A stretch of 64,000 bases of DNA from Yuukianura sp. NJ FZ-2021 (GCA_046563655.1 CM102287.1:5890001-5954000); one strand, 5' to 3'; shown: positions 50,281 through 62,345, numbered from the stretch's first letter. Notes: generated by a model not told the origin, from the letters alone. Numbers and translations are program-made.

Positions 50281-51131
50281 TTTTTAAATGACAATTCTTT
50301 TTGCCAAAGATTGTATCAACCTATGAAAATATATACGAAAAAATAGTTTTAGAAGAACAAGGGGACATTTTGTACTACTAAAGACAAACACGAAATTTCT
50401 CAAGGAAAGAATATAATATTTACAATATTGCCTATAAACTTTAGAACGAGCAGAATCCTAAAAGAGAGTCCAGTAATTTGCCTCTTTTTCATTTCGCCGA
50501 ACTAACTTACTGGCTTTCCTTTAAAATTTTGATCTTATCAATTTTGTGCTTTTCACCGGGGATTTGATGCCATCCCTGGGGAATTGGAGTTATCCCCAAA
50601 TCCCCGAATTTTTGGAGATTTTCGTGTTCCGGCGATGATTAAAATATCCAAAGGTTCTTGGACTTAGATTCCCGTCATCACAATGAAAAGCAACGAAAAC
50701 AACTCAAACGTTTTTGATAACAAAAAAAACGAAATCCCCATCACCACAAAATCCCCACCTAAGAGCCTAGGTCTAACCCCCCAAAATCCCCATCCCAGTG
50801 GAAAAAGGGTTCGGAATACGATGATTTTTAACACCCATTTCACACATGCTTAGGAATTTGTGAGTATATCGATCTGTATAAGAGCGGATATGGTTCAAAC
50901 GGAAATGTGTTTTTAATCTAAAACGTTGAATAATTCCAAAAGACGAGACATTCTACTTCGAAATATGGTGTTTTTTTTTTTGAAAAGTTTGGGTGTACCT
51001 AATAATTCAAATTATGAGGACGATGGTAGTTTTCTGTATACAGTTCCAGCGACTGGAACGAACAAAACCAGTTCTGTTACACAAAAATTCAGAAAACAAG
51101 CAATCTTTAAAAACTCCAATCGTACATATCA

Positions 51132-52386
51132 ATGGAGTTACATTACCGAATTCTTCATTTCTCACACTTCACGTTCAATTCACCAATTGCAGTAGTTACT
51201 TCATCCACAAATATTCATTTGCAACTAGATGTTTCACAGAGATACAAAATATTTTGTGGTTTTCATCTCCTCGTTGACATTTTTATGATCATTACGTCCA
51301 TTCTTGGGCACATTTCAACCAGAATTTTTAAACTAAACCATGCATTTGTACTCGTCATCTACTTCTATCCAGTTCTAGCAGTAACGAACCTCGTCCTTGA
51401 CATGTCCCAACAAACGTACAAGTTGCAGCGAGTTCAAATTTTGAATTCAATCATACACCTCATCACTTCCAAAAGAGGTATCAAAAATTAAAATTTTGTT
51501 GCACTTTCTGCTATTTTGCAAAAGTAAAAAAATATTAGAAAATGTTTATCAAAAAATATGGTTCTTGCAAGCGAATTTCTTTTTCTTTTCAGAAATGAGG
51601 CGACTCTGGATGAAGTTCATGATAGCCAAAAAAGGAAAAATGCTCAAAATCCATTTCAGTTGTATTGTTAGTTTTTGTATTTTTAGTGCCGCAATCCTCA
51701 TTTGGTTTTTTGATGACGTTTGGTTCCTGCTTTTTTGTTGGAATGACTACGTTTTCCGTTCATTTTTGTCACCATTTGAAGTTACTCTTGCAACATTGTT
51801 GGGAGAATTTTTAGCATTTTTTGGTCTAATGATTTCACTAATCAAATGGTACACAACCTATGCGCAAGTCACTGTAGCCATTACAGAGATAGCGATACTT
51901 TCCAAAGAAATTTTGGCTAGAAAGTTTGATTGGATTGGGCACTTGGAGCTATACATTTTGTGTACCTACTTCAACAAAGCCTACCGCTCAATCATCATCA
52001 GCGTTACTTTTGCTACGTCAATTTTGGGGTTCATGGCCTACGGCTTCTGCGTCATTCATCAATCAATTATTCTGGCACTGAGTATGGCCGTGTTCACAAC
52101 GCTGGGTCTAGCGGGTGTTGTTAGCTTCATGCAAACTGCGGCACTTATTCACAAAGACTCCAGTAAGTGGATAATACGCTGGAGAACGAAATTTTCAGCA
52201 GTTACTCAAAATCCTGGACAGAATTGGAGACGACACACCAATCAACTGCTGCGTTCCATTCTGCCATGTCGAATTGAAGCGGGAGAATTCTACTTTATCA
52301 CATACGCGCATACCTTAGTCTTTATTAACGCAATTGCAAACAACACCATCAGTTTCATTATGTCAGCACAAGAGAACAGCCATTAA
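51132..52386 (+). CDS. 7-TM chemoreceptor (GR-like), array 2 copy B, 2 exons
   Basis: Close paralog of 48572-49817 with the same intron position. Confidence 0.68.
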
Positions 52387-52610
52387 ACTTCTTTTGTCAT
52401 GCGTGCATTATTTTTAGTGTATTTTTTCCATAATTTAAAATTAAATAATTTTTTCAGGAGATTTTTTCTTGTCATACAGTGGGCTGTACGTTGTAAAAAA
52501 CAAAAAAAGCTGTTTCAAATTCTATAGTGAGGACAGTACTAACTGACAAAAAATACGACTGTTCGTTAATCGTTAACTTTTTTGTTAACATCTCTCCTTG
52601 TTATTTCCAG

Positions 52611-53121
52611 ATGATGCTAAAACCAAAGGCACTTACGAAAGTATTGAGCGAAGCAAACACTGCAGGAGTACAGAACACACTGTAAGTAATCAATTTATGA
52701 CAGAGTTTAAGTCTGGGATTAATCAATTGATTTGTGTACTAGGCTTTTGTCTCGCGAAGGATCTTTATAGCCTACAGTGGATATGGCGATGGAGATGCCC
52801 GGTTCACGGCAGCAATTGCCAGCAATATTTGGAACATTTATGAACGGGCTGGTCGCAGTGCCCTGACCGACGATAAGCTGTCGATTGTTCTGTTGGACTG
52901 CAGTGTAAGTTAATTAAGTCACAAACTAATTGATTAACGTCTATTCGAGAACTGACGTTGGGTATTTTAATTTCCAGGAGGGACGCGTCGCAATCAAGGC
53001 TGTCGCAAACGTACTTTTGTGTCTGTATGCCAAAGCCGATACGGCCATAGGCTTGCTTCAAGCAAAAGCAAATGCAATCGTTCAACACACCGAAGGACCG
53101 TTGAAAAACGTAACACTATGA
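52611..53121 (+). CDS. LAMTOR2: Ragulator subunit LAMTOR2 (p14, Roadblock fold), 3 exons, with an apparent 1-bp frameshift
   Basis: [32 protein letters not shown]-(shift)[56 protein letters not shown]. As read, the frame hits TAG at 52768-52770. Confidence 0.88.
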
Positions 53122-53885
53122 ACAGCATCCAGTATTGCAAGAAGCGAATCCAGACTGCCGTCATAGTTCCCCAACAATCTTCTTCGTGACCTTTGAGTGT
53201 ACTCGACGCAGAATTTTAAAGTTTGGAAATTTTGGATGTTTCTGCTTCAAATGATGGGAAATTTTGGGAATGTTGATCTATTTTTTAATTTGAATTTTAG
53301 AAATTTGTATTAAAGAGCATTCACCATCATTCCTTTTCTTCAATCAGCCTTGAAACCGGCTATGTTGTGTATCCCTTGCTGTTTTTAGGTTTAAAAGTTG
53401 TAGTTTAAAGAGTTTAGAACAGATTTTTTTGGTTGTTCAGAAGCCTGCTCCACGCATCATTGAAATTTGCTGTAGAAACGCTTGAGGCGTTTGAGAAATG
53501 TCCTGTGACTAGTTCCACGTCGACATAGAAAACCAAAGTAGTATGGCTTGGAAGTTGTACTAGTCTCTGGTGTGTTAATTCCCTCTTGACCTTCCAACTG
53601 TCCCTTATTTGACCTCTAACCCCAACTTAATCTAATTTCTACTACTTTTTATAAAAGCGGACGAAGACTAAGGGGAACTCCGAGGACGGTTCAAGGTAAG
53701 ACCAAATTTACATCCTCCCAATTGATAAAAATTAGACAGGTTAAGGCGGAACGAACATTTGTTTTGGTCAGAAGTCATTTAGAACTGAGAAGAGTTAGTT
53801 TCTAAAATTTGAGTCAAAATTTTGAGTGTCAAGAGGAATAAGTTTACACAGTGTGCCCGTGCAAATAAGTCAGTCGTGCGAAGTC

Positions 53886-54456
53886 ATGGACAGCGAAAAT
53901 CAGACTCTCAAACTTATTGGAATATATCTTAGGGATCTAGAAATGTCGGATGAGAGTTGGTGGGACAGAAGAGCCGAAATACTGGTATTTTTGGACTTGG
54001 AAAGAAATGCTTGTTTAGTTTTTAGATTTGAGCTTCACGTTGTGACTAACGTTGTACTTTTCATCTTTTCAGATGCGAACGAAAAATGCACAAGGAGAGT
54101 TGATTGGCCTTCTGACTCTTGAGAATTGGACGAATGTTAAATGTCGGGAACTGGTTGAGCTTCGGGTGGACATAGAAGAAATGAGGGAGTCTGCTCCGGT
54201 GGAGCAAGAGGGGCCCACCGTGGCGTCTCCTCCGATGGAGCAAGAGGGGCTCACCGTGGCGTCTCCTTCGGTGGAGCAAGAGGGGCTCACCGTGGCGTCT
54301 CCTTCGGTGGAGCAAGAGGGGCCCACCGTGGCGTCTTCTTCGGTGGAGCAAGAGGGGCCCACCGTGGCGGAACTGGAGGCAAAGGCAAACAAATTGGAGT
54401 CGGCACTTAAGCACCTCTGTAAGCTTCTCAAGCAACTAAAATCAGAATTGAAATAG
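53886..54456 (+). CDS. Orphan ~160-aa protein with 12-aa repeats and a coiled-coil-like end, 2 coding exons
   Basis: TATAAAAG near 53650, a UTR donor at ~53696, exons 53886-53984 and 54073-54456 joined in phase 0, AATAAA near 54564. Confidence 0.6.
54196..54369 (+). repeat. 36-bp coding minisatellite, ~5 copies (xVEQEG[P/L]TVASP)
   Basis: Directly visible near-identical units. Confidence 0.95.
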
Positions 54457-55095
54457 AAATCCATCGCTTGTGTGCTTCGCACTTTTCGGAACAATTTCCA
54501 TACCTACAATCTCGTCTCATCATTGTCCTAATTTGTGCCTTATATATTCTCAAAAATCTCAGTAATAAAACGTGCATTCTATGGGTGTACCAATAATTGG
54601 TTGGACGCTTCTCTCATTTCGTGTCGATAAGGACGGAATCTGTTGAGATTTGCAGGTTTCATTCGCTGAAGTTAAGAAATGCTAACATTTTGGCAAACTC
54701 GATTTTGAGAATTGTTTGAAGAGATTTGGAAAGTTACAACTAAAAAAAAATCCTTTTTTAACTAACTCGACCCAGTATATGAAGTTGGATTTGTGGATTA
54801 GATTTTTAGAATTGGAATTTTGGTTTACGTCATGTACTTGAATTTAGCTAGATTTAATGAATTAGAAAGTTCAAAACCATCAGAGATTACTCAAGCGTTG
54901 TGACAATTAATCCGGCGCAGAAGCAGTTACAAGTGTCAAGTGTACTCTTATCTTCTGGCAATTTGGAACTGATTTAGATTGAAACTTAATTTTAAGTTAC
55001 CTAAATCCAAAGGGCATCATTGGATTTTACTGCTATTGTTTCATTTTGAGTTTCAAATTTACGACTGCTTACTCTACGACTCTATCTGCTGCAAA

Positions 55096-58000
55096 ATGAC
55101 TGTGAGTGACTGGAGAAAAGTGAAAGTGTCGCAGGCGTACCCCCTCGGTGACACCAATTACTGCAACAACACTATCGTCACTTCCAGGGCAAGTAACTCC
55201 TAAACTACAAAAACAAAATTTAGAATTTAAAAAAAAAGTTGACCCTGTATTTTTTTAGTACACAGTTTTCACCTTTCTTCCTAAAGTTCTTTTCATCCTG
55301 TTCAGGCGAGTAGCAAATTTCTTCTTTTTGTCACTGATTATTGTGCAGGTAAATTTTGGAAAAAGGAAAAAAAAAATACCTTAGTTTGGTTTGCTGCGTT
55401 CCTGTGACTCAAGATTTTGTGTTGCACAATTTTTGCAGCTAACGCTTGAAGTTCCCACCGATCCATCTGCGTACACAACTGCATTTGCTGTGATTGTATT
55501 TGTCAACTTAATCAAGCAGGGATATGAAGACTACCTGCGACACAAAGCAGATGAGGGAGTCAATCGACGCAAAATCACAGTCCTTGACCCTGATCCAGGT
55601 CAAGCCATCAAGGTAACGTCAATTGCTTCTTGCAAAATTAATTTACCTACATTTTCTAATCTCATGTAACTCCGTCTAATGTTAACTTAACTTACTCACT
55701 TCTTGTTTGTCGCAGACTGTCAAGTCACAGAACTTACGTGTAGGTCAAATTGTTTTACTCATGGAAAACGATTCTGTTCCTGCCGATCTTCTTCTGCTGT
55801 CATGCGCAGACGAAAGTGGAAACGCAGTTTCAAAATGTGATATCACAACAGCAAATCTGGATGGAGAACCAAACAAAAAAGTATATTTCGATTTTTTTTT
55901 GATTTTTCAAAAAATCTTCATTTTCATAATTTTTTTAAAATTACAAATCAGGTTCGTTTCTGCCCTTCGACCATGCCCAGTTTCACAAGTCCAACTGATC
56001 TTGCCTCATTTTTGAAGCGTGAGGTGGTTGTGGTTGAGTACGACCAGCCCAACGCAGATCTCTACAAGTTCAACGGCTTGCTCTCGATTTCCGGCGGGAA
56101 AACGGTGCCGATAAGCAACGACAACATTCTACTCCGCGGAACTACGCTCAAAAGCTGTTCGTTTGTGTTTGGTTGCATAGTGTATGCTGGAAAAGACACC
56201 AAACTGTCGTACAACTCCGTCCCGAAGAAGCGGACAAAGTTCAGCGGAGTCGAAACGTAAGTCACTTGCGCATGTCGAAGTGATTTTTGTGTGTGTGAAT
56301 GCCATGCATTAGGCACATCAGGCTCACATAACATTAAAAAGTGTTAAAATCTCAAAAATATTGACGGATTATAAATTATTTGATCTTTGACACTTTTATC
56401 AAGGTCAAGTAATCGTATGACGTATCTCATGTTTGGAGTACTTTTAGTTCTCTGCTCAATTGCCACGGGACTCTACTTTTGGCAAGAAAGTACCATTTCA
56501 ATTGGTATGCCCCTAATTTTGAAAATTTTATGAAAATTTAAAATTTTGGTTGAAATGTGGCTAAATTTTGAAGGTAATGCATGGTACATTCCTTTGGATG
56601 AAGACCCCACAGCTTGGGAGGGGCTTATTACCTTCCTCCTGTTTTTGGTTTTGCTCAGCTACATAATTCCGGTGTCACTTGCGGTCACGATTGGTAAGAA
56701 TAAAATAGATGACCTTTGACCTTTAAGGTTTTAGGTCATATTTACAAAGTCTGTACATTTTCAAATGTACATTTGTACATTTTTTACATTGACAAGTATT
56801 TTGTCTGTTCCAGAGTTGGTAAAATTTTTCGGAAGTATGTTCTTCGGGTGGGACAATGACATGCGCTGTGAGAAACGAGGAATTAGGGCACTGTGCAACA
56901 CATCTGACCTTAACGAAGAGCTAGGGCAAATCGATTTCCTCCTTACAGATAAAACAGGAACTCTAACTGAGAACAATTTGAAATTTGCCGCGACATCCAT
57001 TGCTGGAACAGTGTACGACGTAACAGAAATGCCAGAGGTCAAAGGTCAACCTGCGGTGCAAGAATTTTTGGAAGCGATGGCTCTGTGTCATACCGTTCAG
57101 CAGGTTGAGCACGAACAAGTCGTGTCTTATCATGGCGCAAGTCCAGACGAGGAAATTCTCGTCGCCACTGCGCATGAGCTTGGAGTCACTTTCATCGGTG
57201 ACATTGGGAGTGAGCATATCATTGTACAAACTTCCGATGCACGGAAGGTCTTCAAGCGTCATCTTGTACTGGATTTTGATGCAGGTAAGAGAAACCAAAT
57301 TTTTTAAAATTCCAATTTGGAATTTCCAATTTTTAAAAATGTTCAAGGTGAGTTAATTTTGGCTGAGATTTTTATTTTTAATTTTTGCTATTTTTTAGAC
57401 CGAAAAGCTATGTCGGTAATCGTAGAAGACGAAGCGGGAAGAATCTTGATGCTGACAAAAGGCGCAGAATCCACATTGCTATCGAAATGTCAAGAGCACA
57501 CAGACCTCGTAACCTGGAAGCAGTCCAGCGAGCACGTTACCAAGTTTGCAGAGGTTAGTAAGGTCAAGAGGTCATTGGCCTATTAAGTTTTCAAAGTCAA
57601 GTTAGGTTAGGCAGGTCATTGGCATGACCTGTCATTCATCTGGACATTTTCACTGAAAATTTTTCAGTCATAAAAATGTCATAAAAAGTGTTTGACTCAC
57701 TTTAAATTTTATTTGTGTCATGCAGAAAGGACTTCGAACTTTAGTTTTCGCAAAGAAAGAAATGGACCGCGCAGATCTGAACCGAATCCTGGAGGAAGTA
57801 GAGGATCTGCGCAGAACTCCTGAGCAACTTCAGTCCTATTACAAGGATGTCGAGTGTGACCTGGAACTCCTTGGAGTGACTGCAGTCGAAGACGAATTGC
57901 AGGAAAACGTACATGAGACTTTAATGTTGCTACAAAAAGCTGGAATTAGGATCTGGATGTTGACGGGCGACAAGCTGGAGACTGCTGTCAACATTGCCAA

Positions 58001-59848
58001 AACCTGCGGCCTCGTTCCCAACCAATCAACAATCGTAGAATTGGCGCAGTTCAAGGACTCGGACGTTAAAGATTTGGAACAAAATTTAACCAATCTCCAG
58101 TAAGTTTCAGAATCAGTAATTTTCAGTCTCGTAATTTTAATGGAGTGTTCAGCCATTGCATGCCACTTTTGTAAATTTTTGCTACTCCACCAGAAACTCA
58201 CAGTTTGCTAGCAACCAAACGCTTGTAATAGATGGAGCTACGTTTGCAGTAGGATTTGAACATTGCCGTCTTCTGCTTGCAGCACTTTGCATGGCATCGT
58301 CTCAGGTCGTTTTTTGCAGAATGGCACCACTCCAAAAGGCACAGGTACGTTATTATAAACATTAACCTAACGCATTAGACTAACAAGGTAAACTACCTAC
58401 GCTCAAACATTTCAACTTAAAATGAACAATCTGATACCAGGTTGTGAAGTTGATTCATTCCAATAAAGTTGGAGAAAGGAAGCAGTGCGTATGTGCAGTA
58501 GGAGATGGTGGCAACGACGTCGCCATGATTCAGGAAGCACATATTGGGATCGGTGAGTAACTGTTGACGTTTGATCAAAAATCATTTCAAAATAACATTT
58601 TTAAGATCAATGTTTTTAAGAAGAATTTGAATTGAAGAATGCTAGGAAAAATGAATTTTGAATTCTTAGGAATCATCGGGCGGGAAGGATCCCAAGCCGC
58701 CAGATCATCCGACTTTGCAGTGCCAAACTTCAAATCTCTGAAGAAAGCCATTTTGGTTCACGGCCACTGGTACTACTACAGAACAGCGGTTTTAGTCGCC
58801 TACTTCTACTACCGTGGTGTGCTCTTTGTTCTTCCTCAGCTCCTCTACGGTATTGTGTCTGGATTCTCAGGCCAAGTAAGACAACCTAACCTGGCCTAAC
58901 TTAACACCTAGATCATTGAATTAATTAATCAACAATTGACCACATCTTGTAGACTGTGTACGATGCCCTGTACATGACCTGCTTCTCGTTGTTTTACACT
59001 GCACTGCCGATCCTTTTCTTTGGAATACTGGAACAGCACAAGTCTCCCCAGGAATTGTTCGATCATCCGGAACTGTACAAGCGCAACAGCGGCAACGCCC
59101 TGCTTAGCTGGCGATCGGCTGGAGTGTGGTGGAGCATGATGACTGCCTGGCATCTCTTCCTAGTTTGTGTCTTCCCGGTACTCGTTTGGCCTGCGCAGTT
59201 CGAAGTCATGGACTGGGGCATGATGAGCCTGTTCCTTGGCAGCGTTATGGCGGCAGTCTCCAACTTCAAGGTACGATCTAGATGTTGATTTTAAAAAATG
59301 TTATAAATAACGCAACAATTTAAAGTACTGTTTAAAAAATACACGTTAGGTGCTTATGGACACGGTTTACTTGACCTGGATTATCGTCCTAGGTCAAGTC
59401 ATTTCGTTTCTCCAGTTGGCTTTCATCAATACTCTTGTTTCGGAAATAGTGAAAAGGTGTGTTATTGAGTTACTTAATATAAATATAATAAAATTTAAAA
59501 TAAAGTATTTCATATAAAATATAAATATCTTGCTCCTTTTAGTCCAATTGCAGAAGAGACGAGGTTCGTCTATTTTCCGATGCTGGTGCAACCAGATTTT
59601 TGGTTCATGACGCTCCTCATAACGGCCTTGGGAATTCTGCCTGACCTCATCTATGGTGGAATTCGTCGACACAGAATTCTGGTTAGACTCAAATATTATT
59701 CTAACGTCATAAATATACAAATAAAAATATCAGAATGCAATATAAAATAATGTCGAACAATTAAAAACTGTATGAAACTGTTTTTAATTTGCAGGAGGAG
59801 AGAAGGAGGCTTAGAAAAGATGACAAAGCGTTCAAAACTCTCCCATAA
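55096..59848 (+). CDS. P4-ATPase phospholipid flippase, divergent ATP11-like, many exons
   Basis: NTIVTSR|YTVFTFLPK, KQGYEDYLRHKAD, NLDGE, DLNEELGQI..DKTGTLTEN, ASPDE, KGAES, GLRTL, TGDKLETA, CRMAPLQKAQ, GDGGNDVAMIQEAH, GREGSQAARSSDF. Confidence 0.92.
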
Positions 59849-60008
59849 ACTTGTTTCTAGTTAAAAAAAATATATTTTCCCAAGAAAACGAAATTTAGGC
59901 AAATTTAGACAGGTCGCACGTAACTTTAAAAAATTAAAAACGAAAAGTTCTTGACCATTTTGGCAGCAATTTGACATCTTTCACATAACTGCTACCGAGT
60001 GTTTCTTT

Positions 60009-61837
60009 TTAAACTGAAGATGCGTCCATCTCAAAAACGTTTCCAGAAGTTAAAGCTTCGAGATGCTGTTCAAAATATTTCAACAGATTCTCGGTTGCTT
60101 CTTTTGGCAGAATCTCTGTGTTGGCTACAACTGTTAGGGTGAGTTTCCCATTGTACGAAAAACTGCCAATAGTAAAACCTGTGCAAAATGTCTATATTGT
60201 TAATTTTGAATTCGTCAATGTAAAACAAAAATTCAAATTCCGGGGAAACTTAGTACTTGCGTTTTTGAATTGCAGTCCAAGGAGAGCATATTTTTCAAGC
60301 ACTTGATTCCCGTAGAGGGTTACTTGTTCCGTTGGTCCTGGTAAGTTAGCCATGCCGACGGTCGTGCCTCTCACTCTGCGCATGACAGATTTAAAGAGAC
60401 AGCTCGGCAAGAGTGAGTAACTTTTGATCAAGATGCCATTCAAGTCGATTTCAGCCGAATTTTCAAAATTTTCCACTTCGCTCAGCATAATTTTCAGACG
60501 CATCAGCTCACTGTCGTTCTTGTTAAGTGGAATGGAAAATATCCCATGGTTCCTATATGGATAGATATAAATCACATGTATATACTAATGTATATATAAA
60601 TCACACAAAAAATTTCATTACTGTTTTTAAAAAAAATTTCAAATTTTTTCCATTGTTTAGAAATTGTGAAAAAAATTATGTTCACCAGTGATTGCAGAAT
60701 CCTTCCGATGGATGAGCAGTAGACCTCGGTAGGCTTAAGGCTACGTTGACATTTTTGAAATTCCGCGGGGTAGAACCATGTTGTTTCAAATCTCCGTTTT
60801 CAAAGGCTCGACGCAATGCTGATCCAAATATGAACAAGATCACCGTTGTTAGACTTACTGGAGACCCAGCAGCATTTTGCATTTGACGACGCACGCCCTT
60901 CAAATCGCTTAAATTGAGCTCAATTCGCTTAACTGTTAATTGATGTGTGGATTTTGTCGTGTCAAAGTAGTCAGTGTGCGACGTAAAATGGGAAACGTGG
61001 TTCCAAAATGCTACTGGAATTGACAGGTAACGGTTGAACCGGAAGCAAGGCTTTGAATTTTCAGGTTCCGTCTTGGCTTGAATTTTTGGCAAAATTGGAG
61101 TATCGAACAGCTTTTCCAGAAATGCTAACATGGAAAAACCATCTCCGAGGGTATGATGAATTCGAAATCCAAACAACGCGCGTTTTTCTCCATCTTGATT
61201 CTGAAATTCTGCAATCGAAAATTATCTCTGTTTCAAAATATGCAAAATGGTTCAAAATTCGTTAAATATTTTTATTTCTACCAGAAATCAGGAGTATGTC
61301 CCACAGCGGTTGATTTTTCTCAAATGGACTTGAGAGCCAGTGACTCAGAATTTCGTCAACGTCGATTCTCATTATAGTGTTGTGCACATGCGTCTTGATG
61401 TGCTTGCGAATTTCAAATTGACTTGGATTAATTCTCTTCCAAAATGGATACCCCAACCAAAAGGTTGGAACAACTGATGTTAGGCGTGCAAAGTTTTTGG
61501 CTATCGTAGAACTGTTCTGCACAGACGCAGTGGAATCCAGTCCCTTGGACATTAAAATTTGCGAAACTTTATCCACTACCAAGTTGGTGTCCATTGTTCC
61601 TTGCAGAATATGCACAAAAGCAATGCCACTGAGTGGTTGATTCCAGAAGTCGTCCGCGCAGAATCCAAAATCCAAACCCGAAATTCGTTCTTTCAAATCC
61701 TTGCGCCGGAAAACTCTTGCCAGAATGCCAGTAACCAGTACACGATTTAAAAACAAAATTAAAGCAGGAACCCAACTACCAATCAAAATTAACAAAAATC
61801 CACACCAGCACAAAATAAATTTCAACGCCTTATACAT
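60009..61837 (-). CDS. Wax-ester synthase/diacylglycerol acyltransferase (WS/DGAT, WSD1-like) O-acyltransferase
   Basis: N-terminal TM segment; QPLWDILLI; catalytic-type FRIHHTLGDGFS (HHxxxDG); C-terminal ANLPGP and GSFSYNGKLTLTV, typical of the WS/DGAT C-domain. Four exons; start codon uncertain. Confidence 0.8.
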
Positions 61838-62345
61838 TCTTGTTCTCGAACGTAATGAAACAAAGTAAAGTGCACGATTAACTTTTAAAATCAAACAATT
61901 CTAACATCATAGGCAAAATAACAAAAACTGTAACTCAAAATTGGAAGATTGTTGTTGTATTGTTACATGAGCTTCGTGCCTGAACTTTTGACATTCCATT
62001 CAAACTTCAGTCTTCCATTGACTCATCCGTCACTTCTCGTGAACTTCTTGACACCCAGTTTCTGCACGATTTCCTCTAAACGCCAATCCGTTGAATCATT
62101 GTTATGGTCGACTGACCTCAACTCTTTGTTTTGGGAAACAAAATGAATTAATTGTTTCCCAAAGCCTCGATTCATTTGTAGCCCCTTGAGTATGAATAGA
62201 AATTAGAATCCGTCATAACTGTCCATTTCCTTCAATTTTGAATCCGCCCAAGCCCAAGCGCCGTGATGAAGTCGATGATCTGACATTTGATCCAACTGCA
62301 TCTAAAACAGTTGGAAAGAGGAAGTGATTAGTGTCAAAAGTTAAC

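Noticed and set aside
54061..54494. Antisense ORFs with HRRRRHG or STEGDAT repeats
   Set aside because: Shadow frames of the stop-free 36-bp repeat. Splice, TATA and polyA signals favour the + strand.
56705..57635. Clustered AGGTCA/TGACCT nuclear-receptor-like direct repeats in flippase introns
   Set aside because: Short motifs that also occur elsewhere in the window; cannot be distinguished from chance without conservation or ChIP data.
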